Shown one piece after another: positions 11,760 through 20,524 of a DNA stretch of 64,000 nucleotides (the stretch's first letter is position 1; each line of letters starts with the position of its first letter). The notes beneath the pieces were generated by a model. It saw only the letters and a list, made by a program, of their open reading frames with translations, was not told the DNA's origin and did not search any database. Where the stretch lies: positions 32,001-96,000 of the forward strand of contig JBILLK010000004.1 in assembly GCA_044376115.1 (NCBI GenBank). The letters run 5' to 3'. The translations under genes were made by a program, and so were the position numbers. The stretch is from Polyangiaceae bacterium (GTDB lineage: Bacteria; Myxococcota_A; Polyangia; Polyangiales; Polyangiaceae).

Positions 11760-12587
11760 ATGACCTCGCGCATGGCGGTAGGAGAGACCATCGAGCAATG
11801 GGCACAAGCCTACCTTGCGGCAGATAGCTTCGCGCAGAAGCTCGCTCCCCCACCCTGCCCCGCCAACTTTGCGCAAGCTTGGAGCGCGGATCGAAGCCAC
11901 CGCCCCGGTCGCGGCCCCGAGTTTCGCCGCAGCGAGCGGGGCGAAAAGAGCACCGGCAAGAGCCAGCTGCTCGGTGAGGAACGAAGAGCACGGCTGCTCC
12001 ACACCTTCCTGCACCACGAACTGCAAGCCGCGGAGCTATTCGCATGGGCGCTCTTGGCGTTCCCAGGCGCACCGCTCGCGATGCGGCAAGGCTTCCTCAA
12101 GATCCTGCATGAGGAGATTCGCCACATGAACCTCTACGCGGAGCTCCTGCGCGCGCGCGGCTTCGAACCGGGAGCGTTCGAGGTGCGCGATTGGTTTTGG
12201 GAGCGGGTTCCGAGCACGCGCAGCGAGGTCGAGTTCGCTGCCACTTTGGGCATCGGCTTCGAGGGTGGCAACCTGGATCATGCCTCGCGCTTCGCGCGTC
12301 GCTTCGTTCAGGCCAAAGATCTCGAGGGCGGCCGAGTTCAGGCCATCGTCGCGCGGGAGGAGGTGCTGCACGTGAAGTTCGCGCTGACCTGGTTCCGTGA
12401 ATTGTCGCCAGAGCTGGCCGCTGGGCACACGCTGTTTGAGGCGTTTCGGCGTTCGCTACCACCGCCGCTCTCGCCGATCCTGATGCGCGGCGTTCCGAGC
12501 GACCGCGAGCTTCGAAAGAAAGCCGGCTTCGACGACGCCTTCATCGATTCACTCACGGCCTTCGACGGCGACCCGATGCCCTCGTGA
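11760..12587 (+). CDS. DUF455-family ferritin-like (diiron) protein
   Basis: LLHTFLHHELQAAEL, EEIRH, FEGGNLDH and REEVLHV give the two-E plus two-ExxH carboxylate diiron ligand pattern. Start could be 11760 or 11772. Confidence 0.8.
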   Translation: MTSRMAVGETIEQWAQAYLAADSFAQKLAPPPCPANFAQAWSADRSHRPGRGPEFRRSERGEKSTGKSQLLGEERRARLLHTFLHHELQAAELFAWALLAFPGAPLAMRQGFLKILHEEIRHMNLYAELLRARGFEPGAFEVRDWFWERVPSTRSEVEFAATLGIGFEGGNLDHASRFARRFVQAKDLEGGRVQAIVAREEVLHVKFALTWFRELSPELAAGHTLFEAFRRSLPPPLSPILMRGVPSDRELRKKAGFDDAFIDSLTAFDGDPMPS

Positions 12588-13465
12588 GCCGGGTCTGGCT
12601 GCTCAATCTGGAGGCTGAGAGCGAGCTCGCCCAGCCAAGGTCGCCGCACGATCCGACGCGCATCGCACGAGAACGGCCTGAGCTAATCGCACGCCTCGCC
12701 GACCTCGTACCGAGCGGCGATGACGTGCTTACGCAAGCCGAAGGGCCGTCGCTCGCGGGCAAGCGTTGCATGGTGTGGAGCGCTACAACCAGCGCGCGCT
12801 CGCTGCTCGAACGCCGCGGCGCCGATCTTTCGCAGCTACCGTCCGCAGCCGTGGTCGCTCGCGTGAGCAGCCGCGCCTTTGCGGCCGAGCAACTCGGACT
12901 TTTGCTCCCCGGCGCGCAGCTAGTGTTTTCGCATGAGGCGGCCGATCGCGCGCTCGCCGCCGGGTCAATCAGCGGAAAGCTGCTCTTGCGCAAGATGTTC
13001 GGCTTCGCCGGGCGTGGGCGGCGCATCGCGCAGGTCGGCGCCCTCAGCGAAAGCGACCTGAACTTCGCGCGCAAGGCCGTCAACGAGGGAGGCCTTTTGG
13101 TCGAACCCTACGTGGAGCGCCAACGCGACGTCTCGCTGCACGGCTTCTGCGATGAACGAGGCGTCACGGTGGGCGAACCAACCGTGGCCACGCTCAATGA
13201 CGGCGGTGTTTGGCAAGCCAGCACCCGCGACCCGAGCATGCGTTCAGACTACGCCAGCGCCTTGCGTGAGCAGCTCTTGCGCGCAGCCGACGCTCTGCTC
13301 GCGGCCGGCTATCGTGGGCCGTTGGGCGTCGACGGCTTCAGCTACCTGATCTCGACAGACCAGGCTCAATCCCAGGTCCAATTCTGTGCGCGTTGCGAGG
13401 TCAACGCCCGATATTCAATGGCTTGGACGATTGGCATGGCTGGGCAAAGGCCCGACCTTGCTTGA
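12584..13465 (+). CDS. ATP-grasp-fold-like hypothetical protein
   Basis: K..FGFAGRGR loop, LLVEPYV, GYRGPLGVD and EVNARY fit the ATP-grasp B/C-domain pattern. GTGA overlap with the upstream gene. Confidence 0.6.
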   Translation: MSRVWLLNLEAESELAQPRSPHDPTRIARERPELIARLADLVPSGDDVLTQAEGPSLAGKRCMVWSATTSARSLLERRGADLSQLPSAAVVARVSSRAFAAEQLGLLLPGAQLVFSHEAADRALAAGSISGKLLLRKMFGFAGRGRRIAQVGALSESDLNFARKAVNEGGLLVEPYVERQRDVSLHGFCDERGVTVGEPTVATLNDGGVWQASTRDPSMRSDYASALREQLLRAADALLAAGYRGPLGVDGFSYLISTDQAQSQVQFCARCEVNARYSMAWTIGMAGQRPDLA

Positions 13466-13508
13466 CTTCGGCGGGAAGAAGTGGAGCTTCATCGCGTAGG
13501 AACCCCTC

Positions 13509-13847
13509 GTGGAAACGGCCGACGAAGACGAAGTGACCCGACCGTCGGCTCGACGTTCGGTCGTTCTCGCCGTCGCCGCCAACGACAACGTCGGAGTAAG
13601 CAAACCGGAGCCTGAAGCGCCGCCGGAGCTCGCGGATTGGTTCGCGTCGATCGGCGCCCAATGCCGAGCGGAGGCCCGCCTGGCCGACCAAACCCGACGC
13701 ATGGGTTCAGTATCTGAGCGCAGCAGCCTCGACTGTTTTGGCGCCTGGCCCTCGGCCGGAGCTCAACGAGCGACTGGCTTTGGCTCCTCCGACTTCGGCT
13801 CTTCCGACTCCTCTTCGAGCGACCGCACCCGCGTCAGCGGTAGGTAG
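13509..13847 (+). CDS. Possible small hypothetical protein
   Basis: Fills a roughly 300-bp gap; weak AGGA RBS and plausible codon use, but it overlaps the mscS 3' end by 85 bp and has no recognisable domain. Confidence 0.25.
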   Translation: METADEDEVTRPSARRSVVLAVAANDNVGVSKPEPEAPPELADWFASIGAQCRAEARLADQTRRMGSVSERSSLDCFGAWPSAGAQRATGFGSSDFGSSDSSSSDRTRVSGR

Positions 13848-15469
13848 CGTCCACCCTCGAGTTCGCGCAGAAAACTGACCCAGCCTTCGCGCAGCTCACA
13901 CTTGAGGGCGTAGGCCTTGGAAGCAACGTCCACCGACGCCGTCCCGCGAATCTTCAGCACCCGGTCGTTCATCTCGACGACCTCGACGACCGAGCTGCGC
14001 TGATCCCAGAGTGGGCTCTGTTTGCACAAGCGCTCGAAGGCTGCGCGCAGCTCTCCGACCGGCACCTCGTGATCCGCGTAGATGTCCACCGGCGCGAGCA
14101 GGTCCGAGCCGCTGCGCGTCCAGTTCTCGAACGGCTCCGACATCACGCGCGCCACCGGCACGATCAGCCGTCGATCGTCCCATAGGCGCACCACGACATA
14201 GGTGAAGAAGACGTGCTCGACGGTGCCCACCTCCCCCGGTCGAAAGACAACGGTATCGCCGATGCGCACCGGCTGCGTGATCGAAAGCTCGACCCCTGCG
14301 ATCAGCCCGGAGAGCGTACGTTGCGCCGCAATGCCGACCAGAACGCCGGCGATACCCGCTGAAGCCAGCAGCGAAAGCCCGACGTTTCGCACGATCTCGA
14401 ACTGCAGCAAGATCACGCCAGCGGCGATCAAGGTGACCACCACGGTGGCGATGCGACGCACCATCGTCAGTCGCGTCAGCAGTCCACGGTTCGCGTGTTG
14501 GCCTTGCGTGTCCTCGGGCAGCCGCTCCTCCCACGCTTGCGTGGCCACCCGCACGAGCAGCACCGCGCTCCACGCCGCCGCAATCACATAAAGGATCGAG
14601 GAAGCACGTTCGAAGAAGGCCGCGAACTGCGCTGGTAACAGCAGAAACGGCAGGCCCAGCTGGAAGGCCGCGGTTGCCAGTGCCAGCCGCGCTGGTCGCG
14701 CGAGGGAGCGAACACTGACCGCGGCCCCGCTCCACACCGAGCTGATCGCACGCGTCGCCAATCGCGTCGTCAGTCCGCCAAAGACCCGACCGATAAGGTA
14801 CGAAAAGCCCGTGGCTAGCAAGAGCCCGAGCCACTGCCACAGATAAAGAAATACGTACGTACGCTGCTTCAACCAGGCCGGGACGGCCTCCTCCACCACG
14901 CGCTTCTGCGTCGCCTCGTACACCGGACGAATCGAGGCCACCGTCGAGCGTGAGAACTGCCAACGCGTTTCTCCCGTCGCAAGTTTGACCGGCACGAGCA
15001 CGATGGAGTGCGCGCTGTCGTCGACGTCGAGTCGGTCGAGGATGAGGCCCTCGGTGCCGATCGAACTCGGCGCAGCCTCATCTGGCAGCTCCTCGAGCTC
15101 GACGCTGATGCGCGTGACGATGATGCGGTAGAGCAGCGCCGCGAGCTCCGGCCCCTCGCGAGCGTCTTTGCCGCGCGGCAAAGCCCGCAGATCCAAGAAC
15201 TCAGCCGCCTTGACGAAGTCCTTCGTCTCGCACGCGCGCATGAAGGCGCTCAGGCTGCGCCGCGGCGTCGATACGGTCGTAGGGTCGGACGGCTTGAGCG
15301 CCGCGCTGCTCGCGCTGGTGCTGCTCGAGGCGCCGCTGTTCGCGGGTTTGGGCGGCTTGGACTCCGCAGAGACCGCAGCAGTCTGGCCAAACACCGCCTC
15401 GCTCGGAACCGCGACCCCAGCCGCCAGCGCGGTCGCCCAGCAGAGCATCCACACTCGCAAACGCATCAT
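13763..15469 (-). CDS. MscS-family mechanosensitive channel with periplasmic N-terminal extension
   Basis: Signal peptide, periplasmic domain (TPRRSLSAF...WQFSRSTV), several TM helices, SLLASAGIAGVLVGIAAQ, QPVRIGD, WDDRRLIVP, FENWT. ATGA overlap with the upstream stop. Confidence 0.9.
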   Translation of the reverse strand: MMRLRVWMLCWATALAAGVAVPSEAVFGQTAAVSAESKPPKPANSGASSSTSASSAALKPSDPTTVSTPRRSLSAFMRACETKDFVKAAEFLDLRALPRGKDAREGPELAALLYRIIVTRISVELEELPDEAAPSSIGTEGLILDRLDVDDSAHSIVLVPVKLATGETRWQFSRSTVASIRPVYEATQKRVVEEAVPAWLKQRTYVFLYLWQWLGLLLATGFSYLIGRVFGGLTTRLATRAISSVWSGAAVSVRSLARPARLALATAAFQLGLPFLLLPAQFAAFFERASSILYVIAAAWSAVLLVRVATQAWEERLPEDTQGQHANRGLLTRLTMVRRIATVVVTLIAAGVILLQFEIVRNVGLSLLASAGIAGVLVGIAAQRTLSGLIAGVELSITQPVRIGDTVVFRPGEVGTVEHVFFTYVVVRLWDDRRLIVPVARVMSEPFENWTRSGSDLLAPVDIYADHEVPVGELRAAFERLCKQSPLWDQRSSVVEVVEMNDRVLKIRGTASVDVASKAYALKCELREGWVSFLRELEGGRYLPLTRVRSLEEESEEPKSEEPKPVAR

Positions 15470-17139
15470 TCGACTCCGCACACGAGCAGCGTCAGATCGT
15501 CGTATTGATCACAACCGCTGGCGTGAGCTTTCACCGCGGCCAGCAAGCGGGCCGCGAGCGCTCCCGCCTCGCTCGAGCCGCCCGAAAGCGCCCGTTCAAC
15601 GCCCTCGAAACCCAGCTGCTCGTCGCGCGTGTTAGTGGCCTCGTGCACCCCGTCGGTGGTCAACACCAGCGCGTCCCCCGACTGCAACTGGATCGTCGTT
15701 TCGACGAAGGGCAAGTCAGCGAAGAGGCCCAACGGGGAGCTCGCCCCAGCATCGATGCGCAGCAGCCGGCCCTCCTCACGCTGACGAACGTAGGGCGGCA
15801 TGTGCCCCGCGTTGGCGAGCGTCACCTTGCGCGTCGAGACCTCGAGCACGAGCGCCACCGCGGTCACGAAAATGTCGTGTTGGCCACGTGCACACAGCTC
15901 GCGGTTTGCCTGCGCCATGGCCAGCGCCGGCGTTGGTTCGGTCACCAGCGCCGTGCGCAGATCGCTCGATACACGCGCCATGACCAACGCGGCGGAGACG
16001 CCCTTGCCCGAAACATCACCGATGGTGCAGCCAATGCGATCGTGGGTCAGCCAAAAGACGTCGTAGAAGTCCCCACCGATCGCCAAGGCCGGCATGTAGT
16101 CGGCGTTGAACGAAATGCCCGGCGGACGCGGCAGACTCAGCGGCAAGAAGCTCTTCTGAATCTGCTGGGCCACCGTTAGATCGCGCTGCAACCGCTGTTG
16201 CACGAGCGACTGTTGGTGCAGCCGGGCGTTTTGCAGCGCGATACCCGTATGCGAAGCCAGCGCGGCCAAGAGGTCGAGATCGCCTTGCGAGAACGTCTCC
16301 CCTGGCTCACCGCGCACGTTGAGCACCCCCAGCACCTTGCCCCGGTAGACCATCGGCGCGTGCATCACCATCGGGTCGGCCCGCTTGGAGCGTGGGCCAG
16401 AGTCCAGCGCCTCCTCGGCCATATCGAGGGAAAACGGCACGGAGAGCAGCGCCTTTCCGCGCACCACGAGTTCGGTATAAAGCTCGGCCGGCAGCGGCGA
16501 GCTCGGCATCACGTCGCCGCCGCGGAGCTCGGCCCGCAGCGGCTCCATCGCACCGGTGGGCTCGTCCAGCGTGTACACGGCGGCGACTCGCGCCCGCGGA
16601 AACGCGTCGAACAGGTTGGCGATGATCAGGTTGAGCAACGCGTCGGCATCGAGCGTCGCCGCGATCGCGTGAACGAAGGAGAAGAGTGTGCGCAGCCTTC
16701 GCTCCGACTCCTCCAGTTCGGCCAGACCGCCGGTTGCGATTAGCGTGTGATTCGTCTGCGCATCGGCTTCACCGAGGATCCTCGATGGCACCTCGAACCC
16801 GAGCCGTGTGACCTCCTCGATCTTGCCGCGCCCGCGCAGCGCCAAGTCCTCGTTGAAGGCCACCTCGAAGCGGAAGCGAAACGGCCCGAAGCGAACCTCA
16901 TCGCCTGGGTTTAGCAGCTGCCGCTTGATCGGCTGGTTGTTGACGAAGGTGCCGTTCGCGCTCCCGAGATCGTAGGCGACGTGAGCACCACCCTCTGGAG
17001 CAACCTTGGCGTGCTGCCTCGAGATCGTCGAGTCATCGAGTACCAAGTGGTTGAACGGTCCCCGCCCGACCAGGAACGTCGTTTCGAGAACGAAACGCTT
17101 GCCGGAGAAGCCGCCGTCGAGTGCGACGAGCCATGCCAT
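15466..17139 (-). CDS. FHA-GAF-PP2C (SpoIIE/RsbU-type) protein phosphatase
   Basis: FHA motifs VGR, ISRQHA, SANGTFVN; central GAF; PP2C motifs IGGDFYD, GDVSGKG, NAGH, TDGVHE, DDLTLL. Confidence 0.92.
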   Translation of the reverse strand: MAWLVALDGGFSGKRFVLETTFLVGRGPFNHLVLDDSTISRQHAKVAPEGGAHVAYDLGSANGTFVNNQPIKRQLLNPGDEVRFGPFRFRFEVAFNEDLALRGRGKIEEVTRLGFEVPSRILGEADAQTNHTLIATGGLAELEESERRLRTLFSFVHAIAATLDADALLNLIIANLFDAFPRARVAAVYTLDEPTGAMEPLRAELRGGDVMPSSPLPAELYTELVVRGKALLSVPFSLDMAEEALDSGPRSKRADPMVMHAPMVYRGKVLGVLNVRGEPGETFSQGDLDLLAALASHTGIALQNARLHQQSLVQQRLQRDLTVAQQIQKSFLPLSLPRPPGISFNADYMPALAIGGDFYDVFWLTHDRIGCTIGDVSGKGVSAALVMARVSSDLRTALVTEPTPALAMAQANRELCARGQHDIFVTAVALVLEVSTRKVTLANAGHMPPYVRQREEGRLLRIDAGASSPLGLFADLPFVETTIQLQSGDALVLTTDGVHEATNTRDEQLGFEGVERALSGGSSEAGALAARLLAAVKAHASGCDQYDDLTLLVCGVE

Positions 17140-17255
17140 CGTGGACGACCTTAGCCGATCCCCGGCTTATTCTGGGGGAAAGGCTGCACAGAATGACGTG
17201 GCCCGTTTGGTCGCGACCCGAGCGAGCGCCAGCGTGCCTCCGCCGCAGTCACGCG

Positions 17256-19130
17256 TCAGCCGCCGTCGATCGGAGGGACGGGCGGTTTGGCTGGGGTGGC
17301 GGTGGGAGCGGCCGTCGGCGCGCCAGTTGGAGCGGGCGCAGCGGTCGGCGTTGTCGTTGTTGGTGCAGCGGTTGTCGTCGTTGTTGGTGCAGCGGTGGGA
17401 CTGGAAGTCGGCAGGGCCGTACTGACAGGCTTGCTACTGGTCGCTGGCTTAGAGCTGGCTTTGGCTGAAGCTTTTGTCGTGGGGGCTGCCGTCGGCGTCT
17501 CGACGATCTCGAACGAGTCGGCCGGATCAGCCGAGGCCGTCGCGGTTGCGACTGGGGCTTGGGTCGCCGCCGGTTTGCATTCGCCAGCAGCGTTCTCGCT
17601 CGGCACCGGGGCTGCCGTCGCAGCGGGCTCGCAATCGGTTGGGGTGCGCGGCGCCACCGCGAGACCGATCACTGCGCCCACCGCCAACGTGGTCACGAAG
17701 CCGAGCGCGAGCATCCCCACCGGAAGCACCACGCCACGACGCTCGTTCGTGGACGGAGGGGCTGGAGGCGCAGCGGGTTGAACCGCTGCAGCCGACGCAA
17801 GCCCGTTGATTTCGGGCATGGAGCGGCGTGCGTCAAAGTCTGGCAGCACGCTGTCACCGAAGGACGGAAGAGGCGCGCGCGGAGCCGGACGCGATTCAGC
17901 CGGAGCCCGACCAATCGGAAGGATCTCCGGGACCGACGAAAGTGGAGCCCGCGGCGCCCTCGCCGCGACGGGCGCTTCATCTTTGGGAGCGGTTGCGCGC
18001 GTCGCCTCTGGCGCGTGAGCGCCATTGCTTGGCTTGTCCGCCCGCACGGTGTCCGGCGCTTTTGACCCTGGCGAACTGCTCGCGGCCGGCGGCGCGGCTG
18101 CCGAGCTGGCACTTGCTCGCGGGGCCTCTGGCGAGGCCGAAGCGGGCCGGCCTGCCGCTGGGCGCGGGTTCGGCGGACGCGGCCGCTCGACCGGCAGCGC
18201 AACAGGCGAGATCTTCACGGCGGTTCTTCCGCCATCGGTGGTGGTGTCCTCCAGCTCGGCCAGCTCTTGCGCCCGAACTTGTAGCGCTTTGGCGACCTTG
18301 AGCATCTCCGCTGCGCTCGGGTAGCGCTGCGAGGGCTTCTTCTTCAACGCCCGCGCCACCATCGCGATCAGCCCGGTTGCGAGTTCATCTTTTCGCGAAG
18401 TCGTGAGCGCCGGAGCGTCCTCGATCAACTTCGCCCGCGCCAAATCCTCCCCTCGTCGCTCGCCAAAGGCGTGATGCCCTTTCACGGCGCGGAAAAGAAT
18501 GATGCCCACCGCGTACAGATCGGTCACCGCCGTAACGTCGCGCGAGTTCAAGATCTGCTCGGGCGCCATGTACTCCACCGTGCCGAGCGCGATGTTGGCG
18601 CGCGTGATCCCGGTGACCTCTTCTCCTTGCGAGGGGATCAACCGCGAGATGCCGAAATCCACCACCATCGCGCGCGTGCTGCCGTCAGGCATCGGTCGCA
18701 TGATGATGTTGCCGGGCTTCAGATCGCGGTGAACGATGTTGGCGCCGTGCAAATCCGAAAGGGCGCACAAAAGGTCCACCGATAGATCGATCGCTTCCTC
18801 GATCGTGAGGGTGCGCTCCTCGAGCGTCGACGCCAGACTCGGCCCTTCGATGAAGTCCATGACCAGCACCAAGCCGAACGTCTCGTCATCGAAGAAATCA
18901 CGGACCTTCGCGACGTAGGGGCTCTCGAGCTTGCCGAGGAGATAGGCCTCACGCTTGAAGCGCGCGACTACCTCATGGTGCTTCGCCGCCGTCGGCAAAA
19001 GGTGCTTGAGCGCAACTTTGGAGCGCTTCTGGATGTCCTCCGCAGCCCACACTTCGCCCATGCCACCCGCACCAACGAGCTGTTTGAGGCGGTACTTTCC
19101 CGCGATGGCCGCGCCGGGGACGAAGTCCAT
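17256..19130 (-). CDS. Membrane-anchored Hanks-type Ser/Thr protein kinase
   Basis: GAGGMGEV, VALK, HRDLKPGN, DFG and YMAPE all intact; Pro/Ala linker, one TM helix, Thr/Pro-rich tail. Confidence 0.94.
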   Translation of the reverse strand: MDFVPGAAIAGKYRLKQLVGAGGMGEVWAAEDIQKRSKVALKHLLPTAAKHHEVVARFKREAYLLGKLESPYVAKVRDFFDDETFGLVLVMDFIEGPSLASTLEERTLTIEEAIDLSVDLLCALSDLHGANIVHRDLKPGNIIMRPMPDGSTRAMVVDFGISRLIPSQGEEVTGITRANIALGTVEYMAPEQILNSRDVTAVTDLYAVGIILFRAVKGHHAFGERRGEDLARAKLIEDAPALTTSRKDELATGLIAMVARALKKKPSQRYPSAAEMLKVAKALQVRAQELAELEDTTTDGGRTAVKISPVALPVERPRPPNPRPAAGRPASASPEAPRASASSAAAPPAASSSPGSKAPDTVRADKPSNGAHAPEATRATAPKDEAPVAARAPRAPLSSVPEILPIGRAPAESRPAPRAPLPSFGDSVLPDFDARRSMPEINGLASAAAVQPAAPPAPPSTNERRGVVLPVGMLALGFVTTLAVGAVIGLAVAPRTPTDCEPAATAAPVPSENAAGECKPAATQAPVATATASADPADSFEIVETPTAAPTTKASAKASSKPATSSKPVSTALPTSSPTAAPTTTTTAAPTTTTPTAAPAPTGAPTAAPTATPAKPPVPPIDGG

Positions 19131-19186
19131 GGACGCCGGAACATAGCAGACACATCGCGTTCCTTGGGTGCTAGCGTGCGACCCCG

Positions 19187-19927
19187 GTGAAACTCAGCGA
19201 CGCCGACCCAACTCGTGCAAATTCTGCCAGTTTTCGTCCAGTGGTCATCGGAATTGCCGGTGGCAGCGGGTCTGGCAAGACAACCGTGGCCAATCGTATC
19301 CGCAGCCAGGTGCTCACTGGGGATGACGGAGGTGGGCGGCCTTTGACCCGCGACGTCGCGGTCCTCGAGCACGACGCCTACTACCGCGATCGGCAGGATC
19401 TCTCGTACGAGGACCGCTGCCAGCTCAACTTCGACCACCCCGATTCGCTCGAGACCGAGCTGCTGGTCGAGCACGTGCGTCGCCTGCGCGCAGGCGAAGA
19501 GGTCGAGACGCCGATCTACGACTTCAAGAACCACCGGCGTTCTGAGCAGACCCGCCGCGTGAGTCCCACCCGGGTGATCATCATCGAGGGCATCCTGGTC
19601 TTCGTCGAGGAGGCCCTTCGCGCCGAGATGGACGTCCGCATCTACGTCGACACCGACGCCGACATTCGCGCCTTTCGCCGCATTCGCCGCGACATCGAGA
19701 AGCGCGGCCGCACCTTCGAGTCGGTGCGCGATCAGTACTATCGCTCGGTCCGCCCGATGCACCTCATGTTCGTCGAGCCGTCCAAACGCTACGCCCACGT
19801 GATCCTGCCAGAGGGCGGTGACAACCACGTCGGCATCGAGCTCGTTACCTCTTTCGTGGTCGGCTCGATCAACGGCAACACGCCAGTCTCGAGCCGAGTC
19901 GCCATGCCGGAGCCCAGCGAAACCTAG
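19187..19927 (+). CDS. udk: Uridine kinase
   Basis: IGIAGGSGSGKTT, DAYY, NFDHPDS, IIEGIL, RRIRRDIEKRGR, FVEPSKRYA. Confidence 0.93.
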   Translation: MKLSDADPTRANSASFRPVVIGIAGGSGSGKTTVANRIRSQVLTGDDGGGRPLTRDVAVLEHDAYYRDRQDLSYEDRCQLNFDHPDSLETELLVEHVRRLRAGEEVETPIYDFKNHRRSEQTRRVSPTRVIIIEGILVFVEEALRAEMDVRIYVDTDADIRAFRRIRRDIEKRGRTFESVRDQYYRSVRPMHLMFVEPSKRYAHVILPEGGDNHVGIELVTSFVVGSINGNTPVSSRVAMPEPSET

Positions 19928-19934
19928 CCCGGCC

Positions 19935-20426
19935 TCAACTCTCCGCTTCGAGTTCGATCACCCACGACATCTGCGCTTCATCGAAGCGGGCGTTCACTCG
20001 GTGCGGCCGGCAACAGACCGCGCAATCCTCCACATAGCTTTGCGTGCGTGCGCCGCCCTCATCAGGCACCGTCTCAAATGGCTGCGCGCACACAGTGCAG
20101 CGCAGCTTCGCCCGCTGCCGAACACGCGGCGCGCGCTGGCGCTCGAGCTTGACCCCGCGTTCTTCTTCGAGCCGGTCCAGCGCGAGTTCGCGATCCCAAA
20201 CGGCGCGCTCGCCACGAAGAATCGAGCGCACGCTGGACCAAGGGAGCGCACCGTTGGGCTCGAAGCTCTCGAGCGGCACCGTCTCGAGCCCATCCGACTG
20301 TTCACAGACAACGGAAAATTCGCTCGGTTCAAAGCCCTGATCCCAGCGCAACAACTCGATCGCCTCAGCCGCCGAGCGAAACTTCCCTGACGCCCCTCGC
20401 GGCCCGCTCTCTTTGTTCGCCGTCAC
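19935..20426 (-). CDS. MJ1316/DUF504-like domain fused to a CPXCG-type Cys-rich zinc finger
   Basis: N-part LLRWD...F.V..E...GL..VPL..F....LPW..V......VWDR resembles MJ1316; C-part CTVC...QSYVEDCAVCCRP resembles Cys_rich_CPXG. Start uncertain (GTG 20426). Confidence 0.62.
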   Translation of the reverse strand: MTANKESGPRGASGKFRSAAEAIELLRWDQGFEPSEFSVVCEQSDGLETVPLESFEPNGALPWSSVRSILRGERAVWDRELALDRLEEERGVKLERQRAPRVRQRAKLRCTVCAQPFETVPDEGGARTQSYVEDCAVCCRPHRVNARFDEAQMSWVIELEAES

Positions 20427-20524
20427 CCTCTCAAGCTGGACCAACCCAACTTGCTTTTCCAGCGTCTTTTCAAAACCGTGCAAGCAATGTGAACGTAGAG
20501 CCCTCCTTGGTTTAGGATGGCCCT

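Noticed and set aside
20488..20503. CRP-type site upstream of the cNMP phosphodiesterase
   Set aside because: Only one TGTGA half-site; the second half does not resemble TCACA.
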